From positions 3,683 to 67,682 of the forward strand of contig PHDE01000001.1 in NCBI GenBank assembly GCA_002842505.1: a stretch of 64,000 nucleotides of DNA, written 5' to 3'. Below are positions 52,708 through 63,000 of the stretch, in pieces. The notes under the pieces are model-generated. The model ran no database searches. It had not been told where the DNA came from and worked only from the letters and a program-made list of their open reading frames with translations. The first letter of the stretch is position 1, and every line of letters begins with the position of its first letter. Source of the DNA: Bacteroidetes bacterium HGW-Bacteroidetes-3. GTDB taxonomy: Bacteria; Bacteroidota; Bacteroidia; Flavobacteriales; Flavobacteriaceae. The position numbers were made by a program, and so were the translations under genes.

Positions 52708-52818
52708 GTGGCGTTACCGCAAGGATCGGGCCTTTTATTCCAAACTTTTTTCGCTGAAAAAGCTCAAAAAAAGATGTGTTTATCCTGAGGTAGCCGAAGG
52801 GCTTCAGTCCCTAACGCG
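52708..52818 (-). ncRNA. Second Flavo-1-like structured repeat with nested insertion
   Basis: Minus strand GCGTTAGGGACTGAAGC[insert]ATCTTTTTT...AAAAAAG...GGCCCGATCCTTGCGGTAACGCC, similar to 36758-36885. Confidence 0.55.
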
Positions 52819-53052
52819 CATTTTTCCAAAAGAAAGGCAATCCTGATTTAACTTAATATTAATGCTGTAATTTTAAAAATATTGCCAAAAATAACCTTAA
52901 GTTTTTCTTCCAAAACTCTTAACAACTATGTTTATAACTTCTGTCAAAGCAAGCGGTTTTATTGAAAAAATTGACTTTATTTTATATGATTAAAAACATC
53001 ACATTTAAAATTATTGCTTATCGTTTAAAAAATTAACCAACCTTTACATTTA

Positions 53053-56000
53053 ATGGAAAAAGAAATATTGCTCTTACCGAAAAAAATTACCGTTTTTGTC
53101 TTATTTATCTTCTCGCTAACTTATAACTCAACTTTTGCGCAATGCACCAACTTACCCCCAACAGGAAGTACTTCTCAAGTATTTTGCAAAACGGCTAACA
53201 GCACTATTGCAAGTTTAGTTGCCTCTGGAGGAACAATTGTATGGTATGATGCCCCTTCCGCAGGAGTTTTATATGGCGCTTCAGATATTCTTGTCAACGG
53301 TACTACGTATTACGCCGATGATATTTCCGGCGCAAGTTGCAGCACTAGCAGATTGGCTGTAACCGTCACTATTTATGGTGATTTCCCAAAAAACGTTGAT
53401 GTCTCTGTTGGAAAATGTGCCATTGACAATCCAACAATCGGCAATTTAAATGCAACCGGACAAAATTTAGCATGGTATGATGCCCAAACTGGCGGAAATT
53501 TTCTTCCGCTTTCAACAGTCCTTGTGAGCGGGAAAACCTACTGGGTGCAACAAACTGAAAATGGCTGTACCAGCGATCGTCTACCAACAACTGTTACTTT
53601 AATTGATCCAATCACTCCAACAACAGCTCCCATACAATCATTTTGTTATCCACCAAACCCAACAATTGCAAATTTAATTGCTTCGGGAGGCACCATACTT
53701 TGGTATGCGTCAGAAACCTCCACAACGCCCTTAAAAAATAGCGAACTATTAATTAATGGTGAAGATTATTGGGCTGCCGCAGTTACTTTTCCTTGCGTAA
53801 GTTCTAAAAGAGCTCAAACAACAGTGGTTTTAGATGCAGCTCCAAATGCCGGAATTAGTGGTTCATTATTGGTATGTGAAGTGGATTTGGTTACAACAAA
53901 TTTATTTGATTTATTGGGAGGAACTCCCGATACCACAGGAATTTGGACAGGACCAAGTAATTTAGCAAATGGTTATTTGGGAACTTTTGAGCCAGGAACA
54001 AATATAGAAGGAACTTATACCTATACTGTTGCAAGCGTTTTAGGAATTTGCCCAAATGATTCAGCAACTGTTGCCGTGACCATCACTGTGGTTCCACCGC
54101 CAACAACCGCTAATAATGCTCAGGCATTTTGTGAAATTGCAAATGCCACCATCGCCGATTTAAGCGCGACCGGAAACAACATTGTTTGGTATGATACCGA
54201 AACTTCAACAACAGCGTTAAGCACTTCAGAACCACTTGTTGACGGTGAAGATTATTGGGGAGCGCTGCCTGATCCTGCATCAGGCTGTGAAAGTGCCATC
54301 AGATTAAAAATAACGGTAACTATTGCCGTAACTCCTCCGCCAACAACGGCTGAAGTCAATCAAGTTTTTTGTGAAATTGAAAATGCGACTGTTGCAGATT
54401 TAAGCGCAAGCGGAACAGGAATACTTTGGTATGATACGGAAACTTCCGTAACGCCTTTAAGCACCTCAGACCCTTTAATAAACGGCGAAGATTATTGGGC
54501 AAGCCAAGCGGATCCAATTACAGCTTGTGAAAGCGCAACACGATTAATGGTGAATGTTTCTATCATTGTTACGCCTTTGCCAACAACAACCCAAACCACC
54601 CAAACTTTTTGTGAAATTGAGAACGCAACTGTTGCAGATTTAAGCGCAAGCGGAACAGGAATACTTTGGTATGCCACAGAAACTTCCACAACACCTTTAA
54701 TTACAACTGATCCGCTGATAAATGGCACAATTTATTGGGCAACACAAACAGCACCGGCATCAAGCTGTGAAAGCGCTTCAAGATTGGCGGTAACAGTTAT
54801 TATAAATACAACTCCTCCTCCAACTGCGACGCAGACCAATCAATCTTTTTGTGAAATTGAAAACCCTACGGTCGCTAATTTAAGCGCAAGCGGAACAGGA
54901 ATACTTTGGTACGCATCTGAAACTTCAATAACACCTTTAACCACAACGGATTCATTAATAGACGGAACAGCTTATTGGGCTTCCCAAACTGATGCAACTT
55001 CAAACTGCGAAAGTGCGAACAGATTGGTGGTAAATGTTTCAATTATTGCACCGCCACCGCCAACAACAACTGTAACAAACCAAATTTTCTGTGAAATAAA
55101 CAATCCGACCGTCGCCGATTTAAACGCTTCTGGTACCGGAATACTTTGGTATGCCACTGAAACTTCAACAACAGCATTAAACACAACAGATCCATTAGTG
55201 GACGGCTCATCTTATTGGGCTTCCCAAACCGAAGCTTCAGGTTGTGAAAGCGCCAGTAGATTGGTTGTGAATGTTACCGTTATTACGCCAGCTCCACCAA
55301 TTACAATTAATCAAAATAAGACTTTTTGTGAAATTGAAAACGCCACCGTCGCTAATTTAAGCGATTCCGGAAACGTTTTGCTTTGGTACGCCAACGAAAA
55401 TGACACAACTGCTTTAAATACAACAGATTTATTAATTGATGGCGAAGATTACTGGGCAACACAAACCATTTCAGGCACTGGTTGCGAAATTGCCAACAAA
55501 TTAAAAGTAACGGTAAGCATTACCATAACGCCACCACCAACAACATCACAAGCCAACCAAACTTTTTGTGAAATTGATAATGCAAAAATTGCCGATTTAA
55601 TTGCAACCGGAACAGGAATTCTTTGGTACGCCACGGAAACTTCCGCAACAGCTTTAAATTCAGCAGATTTATTGGTAAATGGCACATATTGGGCAACGCA
55701 AACAGCACCGGCATCAAGCTGTGAAAGTGCTTCAAGATTGGCGGTGACAGTTGTTATAAATACCACGCCTCCACCAAGCACAACAAATGTAAATCAGGCT
55801 TTTTGCATAAAAGATTATTTGCCAAACGCACCAATAATTTCCGATTTAAGCGCAAGCGGAACCAGCATACAATGGTATGCTACCGAGACTTCCGTAACGC
55901 CTTTAAATTCAGCAGACTTATTAAGTAATGCATCCTATTGGGCAACGCAAACTGATGCAACCACTGGTTGCGAAAGCGCCTCAAGATTGGTGGTTAACGT

Positions 56001-57033
56001 GAGTATCATCAATCCGGCGACCCCAACGACCACGGCTATTAATCAGACCTTTTGCGCAACAGATAAACCAACAATAGCAAGTTTACAAGTGAGTGGCACC
56101 TCAATTGTTTGGTATGCCGACGAAACTGCCACAACGCCATTAATCAGCACCGATTTAGTTGTAAACGGCACATCTTATTGGGCTGCGGCTTCCGATGCTT
56201 CAACAGGATGCGAAAGTGTTGCGCGTTTAATGGTAACAGTTACCATTACCGATGTTGCTCCGGCAACAATTGCCAATGTTTCACAAACTTTTTGCGAGTC
56301 AGATTTTCCGACAATTGTAAATTTGGCGGCAACAGGAAACGGCATTCTTTGGTACGCTTCGGAAACAAGCACTACACCATTGGCTAATACAAGCTTGTTA
56401 ATGAACGGCACAGCTTATTGGGCAGTTCAAACAAACGCAATAACAGGATGCGAAAGTTCTGTGAGGGTTGTCGCCAATGTTACGCTTACAAGTATTGCAA
56501 CGCCAACTTTAATTTCACTTGGAAACGAATTTTGTATCATCGACAAACCAACAATTGCCGATTTAAACCTGAATGTTTCCGCGAACAATGGCGGCTCAAT
56601 TACTTGGTATGACGCTTTTCCTAACGGAAATCTTTTAAGTGCTTCTTCAGCATTGATTGAAGGTGAAACTTATTATGCCATAGAAACTGACGTTAATGGA
56701 TGCAAAACTATTAACCCGCTTGAAGTAACCGTTTCGTTGGAAGCTTGCGATGCGTATGATGTTGTAATTTATGACGGATTTTCACCAACCGGAAACGGCG
56801 TGAATGACACGTTTAAAATAACAAATCTTCGTGAACTTTATCCGAATTTTAAAGTGGAGTTTTTTAATCGTTGGGGGAATTTAATTTATACCGCCAGTGC
56901 AGCAAAATCAGATTGGAACGGCAGATTGAATGGTAATGGGGAATTGTCGCCGGCAGGCGTTTATTACTTCGTTATTTATTTCAACAAAAACGACAGAAAA
57001 CCGATTCAACGAAGATTATATTTAAGCAGATAA
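53053..57033 (+). CDS. SprB-like T9SS type-B CTD cell-surface protein with 14 Cys-paired Ig-like repeats
   Basis: Signal peptide ending FAQ; ~80-aa repeats FC...WY...YW...C; C-terminal FSPTGNGVND...FNRWG CHU_C-type domain. Confidence 0.92.
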   Translation: MEKEILLLPKKITVFVLFIFSLTYNSTFAQCTNLPPTGSTSQVFCKTANSTIASLVASGGTIVWYDAPSAGVLYGASDILVNGTTYYADDISGASCSTSRLAVTVTIYGDFPKNVDVSVGKCAIDNPTIGNLNATGQNLAWYDAQTGGNFLPLSTVLVSGKTYWVQQTENGCTSDRLPTTVTLIDPITPTTAPIQSFCYPPNPTIANLIASGGTILWYASETSTTPLKNSELLINGEDYWAAAVTFPCVSSKRAQTTVVLDAAPNAGISGSLLVCEVDLVTTNLFDLLGGTPDTTGIWTGPSNLANGYLGTFEPGTNIEGTYTYTVASVLGICPNDSATVAVTITVVPPPTTANNAQAFCEIANATIADLSATGNNIVWYDTETSTTALSTSEPLVDGEDYWGALPDPASGCESAIRLKITVTIAVTPPPTTAEVNQVFCEIENATVADLSASGTGILWYDTETSVTPLSTSDPLINGEDYWASQADPITACESATRLMVNVSIIVTPLPTTTQTTQTFCEIENATVADLSASGTGILWYATETSTTPLITTDPLINGTIYWATQTAPASSCESASRLAVTVIINTTPPPTATQTNQSFCEIENPTVANLSASGTGILWYASETSITPLTTTDSLIDGTAYWASQTDATSNCESANRLVVNVSIIAPPPPTTTVTNQIFCEINNPTVADLNASGTGILWYATETSTTALNTTDPLVDGSSYWASQTEASGCESASRLVVNVTVITPAPPITINQNKTFCEIENATVANLSDSGNVLLWYANENDTTALNTTDLLIDGEDYWATQTISGTGCEIANKLKVTVSITITPPPTTSQANQTFCEIDNAKIADLIATGTGILWYATETSATALNSADLLVNGTYWATQTAPASSCESASRLAVTVVINTTPPPSTTNVNQAFCIKDYLPNAPIISDLSASGTSIQWYATETSVTPLNSADLLSNASYWATQTDATTGCESASRLVVNVSIINPATPTTTAINQTFCATDKPTIASLQVSGTSIVWYADETATTPLISTDLVVNGTSYWAAASDASTGCESVARLMVTVTITDVAPATIANVSQTFCESDFPTIVNLAATGNGILWYASETSTTPLANTSLLMNGTAYWAVQTNAITGCESSVRVVANVTLTSIATPTLISLGNEFCIIDKPTIADLNLNVSANNGGSITWYDAFPNGNLLSASSALIEGETYYAIETDVNGCKTINPLEVTVSLEACDAYDVVIYDGFSPTGNGVNDTFKITNLRELYPNFKVEFFNRWGNLIYTASAAKSDWNGRLNGNGELSPAGVYYFVIYFNKNDRKPIQRRLYLSR

Positions 57034-57069
57034 ACAATAGTTTAAACAAATACATTTTATACTTAGAAA

Positions 57070-58005
57070 ATGAGAAATATACTAATAACATTTATTGCAC
57101 TTATGACAACCGTAGTGATGTGGTCTCAACAAGATGCACAATACACACAATATATGTACAATATGAGTGTCGTAAATCCCGCCTATACCACCGGAAATAT
57201 TGGAGTTGTAAATATGGGCGCCTTGCACAGAACCCAATGGGTTGGCGCAAATGGAGCACCTAAATCATCCAATATTTTTGTGCACACGCCAATTAATGAG
57301 AAAGTTGAAATCGGATTTAGCCTAGTGAACGATAATATTGGCGATGTGGTAAAAGAAAATGACCTTTATGCCGATTTTGCCTATAAATTAGATTTCGAAG
57401 AAAATGGCAAATTATCTTTCGGTTTAAAAGCCGGAGTCACTTTTTTTGATGTCAATTTTAACGGATTCGTTTTAGAATCGGGCGACGTATTTACCGATCC
57501 TGATTTTGCCGAAAACATCAACAGATCGTTCTTTAACGTTGGCGCCGGAGTTTATTACAATACCGACAATTATTATATAGGATTGTCTATTCCCGCCTTT
57601 TTAAATGCAGAACATCTCGACAGAAATAACGGTAAATACCAAGGCACTGAACAGGCTCATACCTATTTAACTGGAGGCTATGTTTTTGAACTCAATGATT
57701 TGTTCAAATTTAAACCGGCATTTATGGCAAAAGCCGTAAAAGGAGCGCCTATTACACTAGATTTAACCGCCAATGTTTTATTCGACAATAAAATTGAATT
57801 TGGTGTTGGCTACAGATTGGAAGATGCTTTTAGCGGCATGGTAAATTTTAAAGCCACGCCTGAACTTCGAATTGGCTATGCTTACGACCATACTATTTCC
57901 AATCTTGGTCCATTTAGTTCTGGCTCACATGAAATATTTATTTTATATGATTTAGACATTTTAGGCCTTAATAAAGGTTATGATAAATCACCAAGATTCT
58001 TTTAA
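57070..58005 (+). CDS. PorP/SprF-family T9SS membrane protein
   Basis: QDAQYTQYMYN, NPAY, QWVG, GYAYD, GSHEI; directly downstream of a type-B CTD protein. Confidence 0.92.
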   Translation: MRNILITFIALMTTVVMWSQQDAQYTQYMYNMSVVNPAYTTGNIGVVNMGALHRTQWVGANGAPKSSNIFVHTPINEKVEIGFSLVNDNIGDVVKENDLYADFAYKLDFEENGKLSFGLKAGVTFFDVNFNGFVLESGDVFTDPDFAENINRSFFNVGAGVYYNTDNYYIGLSIPAFLNAEHLDRNNGKYQGTEQAHTYLTGGYVFELNDLFKFKPAFMAKAVKGAPITLDLTANVLFDNKIEFGVGYRLEDAFSGMVNFKATPELRIGYAYDHTISNLGPFSSGSHEIFILYDLDILGLNKGYDKSPRFF

Positions 58006-58022
58006 TAAAAACGACTGTCAAA

Positions 58023-59921
58023 ATGAAAAAAATACTACTTATACTTTTAATGCTGCCTCTTTCTATTCAACTTTCCGTAGCGCAAAATTTAAAACGCGCG
58101 AATCATTTGTTTGAAAAAAGAGCGTATTTAAATGCTGCCGAATTGTTTTTAAATGAAGAGCCTAAAACACAGGAAATTTTAGAAAAATTGGCCGACTGCT
58201 ATTATTTTAACACTAAAATGAAAGAAGCTGAACTCTATTACAAAATATTGCTTCAAATTCATGAATCCAATGTTGACCCAACCTATTTATTTCGATATTC
58301 CCAAGCGCTAAAAGGCGTTAAAAATTTTACTGAAGCTGATAAATGGTATCAAAAATATTTGGAGAAAAAACAAATGGCGCCTGCTGAAAAGCAAGAAACA
58401 TTGCCTTTCTTTTCTTCACTGAACAGTGAAATCAGAAAACCGTATGTTGTTGATAAAGTTTCCGTAAATACAAAATATTCCGACTTTGGGGCATCTTATT
58501 TTGGGGAAAAAGTGGTTTTTTCCTCTTCAAGAAATAAAGGAAAATTATACATTTGGAACAATCAGCCTTATCTTGATTTATTTCAGGGTGACATCGCCGA
58601 CAATCAGGATTTAAAAAATGTTGTTCCTTTTGATGGAAGCATAAACACCGAAATGCATGAATCAAATGCCGTATTTACAAAAGATGGAAAAACAATGTAT
58701 TTCACACGAAACAATTCCGATTCAGGCAAAAAGAAGCGTAATGAAAACAAAATATCGACCTTAAAAATTTACAAAGCGCAATTTGTAAACAATAAGTGGA
58801 CAAACATTACGGAACTTCCCTTCAACAGTGATAATTATTCTGTTGAACATCCTGCGTTGAGTTCGGATGAAAAACAGCTTTATTTTGCGTCCGATATGCC
58901 CGGAACCATTGGATCTTTCGATTTATTTGTAGCGGATATCAATGCTGATGGCACTTACGGAACACCAAAAAATTTAGGTTCAAAAATAAATACGGAACAT
59001 AGGGAACAATTTCCTTTTGTAAGCAGTGACAATATTTTATATTTTGCTTCTGACGGACATTTTGGAATGGGTGGATTGGATATTTTTAAAAGCGAAATTT
59101 CTGATGAAAAGTTTTTCACCCCCATAAATTTAAGCAACGTCATTAACAGCAATTTAGATGATTTTGCTTATGTGATTAATGAAACAAACGAAAAAGGTTA
59201 TTTTTCTTCAAACAGAGAAGGCGGAATGGGTGATGACGATATTTACCGTTTTACCAAAGAGAAAACTTATGTGATCCATGGTTTGGTGCAGGATAAAAAC
59301 AGCCTAGAAATTCTTCCGGGTTCGTTAGTGTCTTTGTTAGATGAAAATAACAATTTAATTAATGAAATGGTTGTTGGCGATGACGCTAAATATTCCTTTG
59401 ATATTGAGAATAATAAATCCTATAAAATTAAGGGGACGCTTAAATTATATGTTCCTTCTGTTGTGGAATTTTCTTCAGATGCGAAAGGCGACATCAATAA
59501 AAATATTCAATTATTGATTGAATCTTATGATGATGCCGAACAAAACATTGTTACGGAGGCTGGCAAAACCCAAATTAAAATCAACCCTATTTATTTTGAT
59601 TTCGACAAATGGAATATTCGTCCGGATGCCGCTTTAGAGTTAAACAATGTGGTTACCCTGATGAATAAATATTCAGGAATGCAATTGGAAATTGGTGCCC
59701 ATACAGATGCAAGAGGAAGTGATGCCTACAATTTAAAATTATCATATAAACGTGCAAAATCGGTTTTGGACTATTTAACAAGCCAAGGAATTTTGGAAAA
59801 GAGATTAAAATCTGAAGGCTTTGGAGAATCTCAACCTTTAAATAATTGTGTTGAGCCAAATATGTGCACAGAAGAAGAATACAGCATTAACAGACGATGT
59901 GAATTTGTGCTTACGAACTGA
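58023..59921 (+). CDS. PorE-like OmpA-family protein (TPR, PD40 propeller, carboxypeptidase-regulatory-like, OmpA_C)
   Basis: FASDMPG/FASDGH/FSSNREGG propeller repeats; IYFDFDK, HTD-RG, NRRCEF. Confidence 0.9.
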   Translation: MKKILLILLMLPLSIQLSVAQNLKRANHLFEKRAYLNAAELFLNEEPKTQEILEKLADCYYFNTKMKEAELYYKILLQIHESNVDPTYLFRYSQALKGVKNFTEADKWYQKYLEKKQMAPAEKQETLPFFSSLNSEIRKPYVVDKVSVNTKYSDFGASYFGEKVVFSSSRNKGKLYIWNNQPYLDLFQGDIADNQDLKNVVPFDGSINTEMHESNAVFTKDGKTMYFTRNNSDSGKKKRNENKISTLKIYKAQFVNNKWTNITELPFNSDNYSVEHPALSSDEKQLYFASDMPGTIGSFDLFVADINADGTYGTPKNLGSKINTEHREQFPFVSSDNILYFASDGHFGMGGLDIFKSEISDEKFFTPINLSNVINSNLDDFAYVINETNEKGYFSSNREGGMGDDDIYRFTKEKTYVIHGLVQDKNSLEILPGSLVSLLDENNNLINEMVVGDDAKYSFDIENNKSYKIKGTLKLYVPSVVEFSSDAKGDINKNIQLLIESYDDAEQNIVTEAGKTQIKINPIYFDFDKWNIRPDAALELNNVVTLMNKYSGMQLEIGAHTDARGSDAYNLKLSYKRAKSVLDYLTSQGILEKRLKSEGFGESQPLNNCVEPNMCTEEEYSINRRCEFVLTN

Positions 59922-59940
59922 TGTAAACATCCAATTTATA

Positions 59941-59972
59941 TTAAAAAAAGTCGCTATTCGCGGCTTTTTTAA
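59941..59972 (+). terminator. Terminator after the OmpA-family gene
   Basis: TTAAAAAAAGTCGC / GCGGCTTTTTTAA arms. Confidence 0.7.
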
Positions 59973-60082
59973 TTTCCCTTTCCTAATCAACCCAAAATAT
60001 TTCTTTAAAAATAATAACTTCAAGCGATTCACTTAATTTTAGGTATAACTTTTGTTAACTTTACAGGAACAAATTATGTATT

Positions 60083-63000
60083 ATGAGAAAAATTGCACTT
60101 ACACTTTCGGTTATCATTTTATTTTCTTTAAACGTAAAAGCCCAACAAGTTTATCATAATTACGACGATTTATGGAAAAAAGTCATAAAATTTGAAGAAA
60201 GCAATCTACCAAAATCTGCTTTAACTGAGGTAGAAAAAATATATGCAACCGCAAAAAAAGAAAACAATGCACCGCAACTTATCAAAACATTGCTTTTTAA
60301 ATCCAAATATGCTTTAATACTTGAAGAAGATGCACAACTGAACATCATCAATTCCTTCAATACAGAAATTTCAACAACCGAATTCCCGGCTAAAAATATA
60401 CTGGAAAATATGCTGGCCAATTTATACTGGCAATATTATCAGCAAAACAGTTATAAATTTTACAATAGAACCACTACGGAATCTAAAGTTGACGCAGCCG
60501 ATTTCAGGACTTGGGATTTACAAACCATTTTTGCTGAAATTCATTTACATTTTCAAAATTCGTTGCAAAATGAAGTATTGGAACAAAAAACAGATTTGGT
60601 CAAATTCGATGCTATTTTAGAATTGCAAAAAGATTCAAAAATATTTCGTCCGACACTTTATGATTTCTTATCGCACAATGCTTTAGATTTTTATAAATCA
60701 TCCGAAACTTCCATTGCAAATCCGGTTTACAAATTTGAAATTTCTAACGAAAAGTATTTGGCGAATTTCAAAGAATTTTCAACCATCAAATTAGAAACTA
60801 AAGACAGCTTGTCCCTTCAATTCAATGCCTTAAAAATTTATCAAAAATTATCGGCATTTCACCAAAAGGAAAATAACCACAACGCTTTTATTGCCGTTGA
60901 ACTTGAAAGACTTGAATTTGTAAAGCAAAATGCAACTTTCAGTGAAAAAGAAATTATTTATCTAAATTCATTAATCAGCTTAAAAAATGAATTTAAATCA
61001 TCTGAAAGTTCCACTTTAATCGATTTTGAAATTGCTGCCGTTTATAACAACCTAGCGAATGATTATGTGCCTTTAACGAAAACCGAAAATCAATTTAAAC
61101 GCTTAAAAGCACTTGAAATTTGCGAGGAAGCCATTGCTAAATTCCCGAATAGTTTGGGGGCGCAAAAGTGCAATTTGCTAAAACAGCAAATTCTCAACTT
61201 GTCCTTAAATATGGTGGCTGAAAAGTTTGTACCCAATTTAAAAGACAATAAAATATTGGTTTCCTATAAAAATGTACCCGAATTGTATTTCCACATTTTT
61301 AAAATCAGTGAAAAAGAAAAGGCGGAGTTTGCACTAACTTACAACGATTCAGCCAAAATAGCATTCATTAAAAAACTTGAATTAGTAACAAATTTCCAAC
61401 AAAACTTAAGAACGGAAAACGATTATCAGCAGCACAGCACAGAAATTTTAATTCCGCCTTTTGCCAACGGAAATTATTTAATTTATGCATCAACTTTTGA
61501 AACCTTAAATGCCAACAGCATTTACGCCACGGCAATTGTTCAGGCAACCGATATTGCAGTCGTTGAAAACCGACAAAACAATACTAACATTTATCAATTT
61601 GTGGACAGAAATACCGGAAAACCATTGGTTGGCGCCAAAGTGAATATCAAAAATTACGATACCGGAAAATATAACACGCCCATAAATGAGAATTTTACCA
61701 CCGATAACAAAGGCCAAATAAATTTCAATGCAAAAATTACTTATAGAAATGTGGTAATTACTGCCACCTATAATAAAGAAATTGCCACTTATGGCGACTA
61801 TTATTTGAATGAAAACAGGGCTATAACTCCAGAAATTGAAAGCGCCAACATCAAATCTTTTTTATTTACCGACCGCAGCATTTACAGGCCAGGACAAACA
61901 GTTTTTTACAAAGGGATTTTGCTTAAAACCCTAAAAAATAAATCGGAAGTCGTAGCCAATGAATTTGTGGAAGTCACTTTGTACAACGTCAATCAGGAAA
62001 TCGTAAAATCTGTTGAATTAAAAACCAATGATTATGGCTCGTTTAGCGGAGAATTTATTTTGCCAACCACTGGTTTAACAGGGATTTATTCCATTGATGT
62101 TGAAAAAGGTTCAAAAGAAAGCACGTTGTATGATTTGGCAGTTGAATTTAATTTTTCTTCCACAGAAATATTGGTGGAAGAATACAAACGCCCAAAATTT
62201 GAAGCCGCATTTAAACCAATTACAGAAACCTTTAAAATTAACGATTCCGTTACCGTAAAAGGAAGCGCTATTGCTTTTGCCGGAAGCAATATTACCGATG
62301 CCAAAGTGACGTATCGCGTGCACAGAAAAGTGCAATATCCCAAATGGTTTTATGGATATCGGCCAATTTTTCCGGGCTCAAAAGGACAGGAAATTAGCCA
62401 CGGAGAAACCATTACCGATGCACAGGGAAATTTCAGCATCACTTTTAAGGCCATTCCCGACAAAAGCGTTGACGCACTAAATTTATCGATTTTTATTTAT
62501 GAAGTTACTGCCGACATTACGGATATCAGCGGTGAAACGCGCAGTGCCGCCACCGAAATAAAAGTTGGTTACCACGCAATAATTGCCGAAATTAAAATTG
62601 CCGACGCAATCGACAAAAACAAAAAGGAAAACGCAGTTACCGTTGAAACCAAAAATTTGAACAATGAAATTGTTTCGGCAAAAGGAAACCTGAAAATTTA
62701 CAAATTGCAGGCGCCAAAAAACGTGTTGAGAGTGCGGCCTTGGAATGCACCCGATTATCAGGAAATAAGTGAAGAAATCTTCCGGAAAAAATTTCCAAAT
62801 GAAGCTTACACCAATGAAAATGAAGTTAAAAACTGGCCAAAAGGCACTTTGGTTTTTGATGAAAATTTCGACACTTCAAAAAACACCAAAATTCAGCTGA
62901 AAAATATTCAGAAATGGACATCGGGCCAATATGTTATTGAATTGGAAACCACAGATAAATTTGGACAAAAAGTCACCGATAAACAGTTATTTACTGTTTT

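Noticed and set aside
52562-52846. 94-aa basic ORF
   Set aside because: It spans the mpl start and the antisense of the Flavo-1-like repeat; no coding signature.
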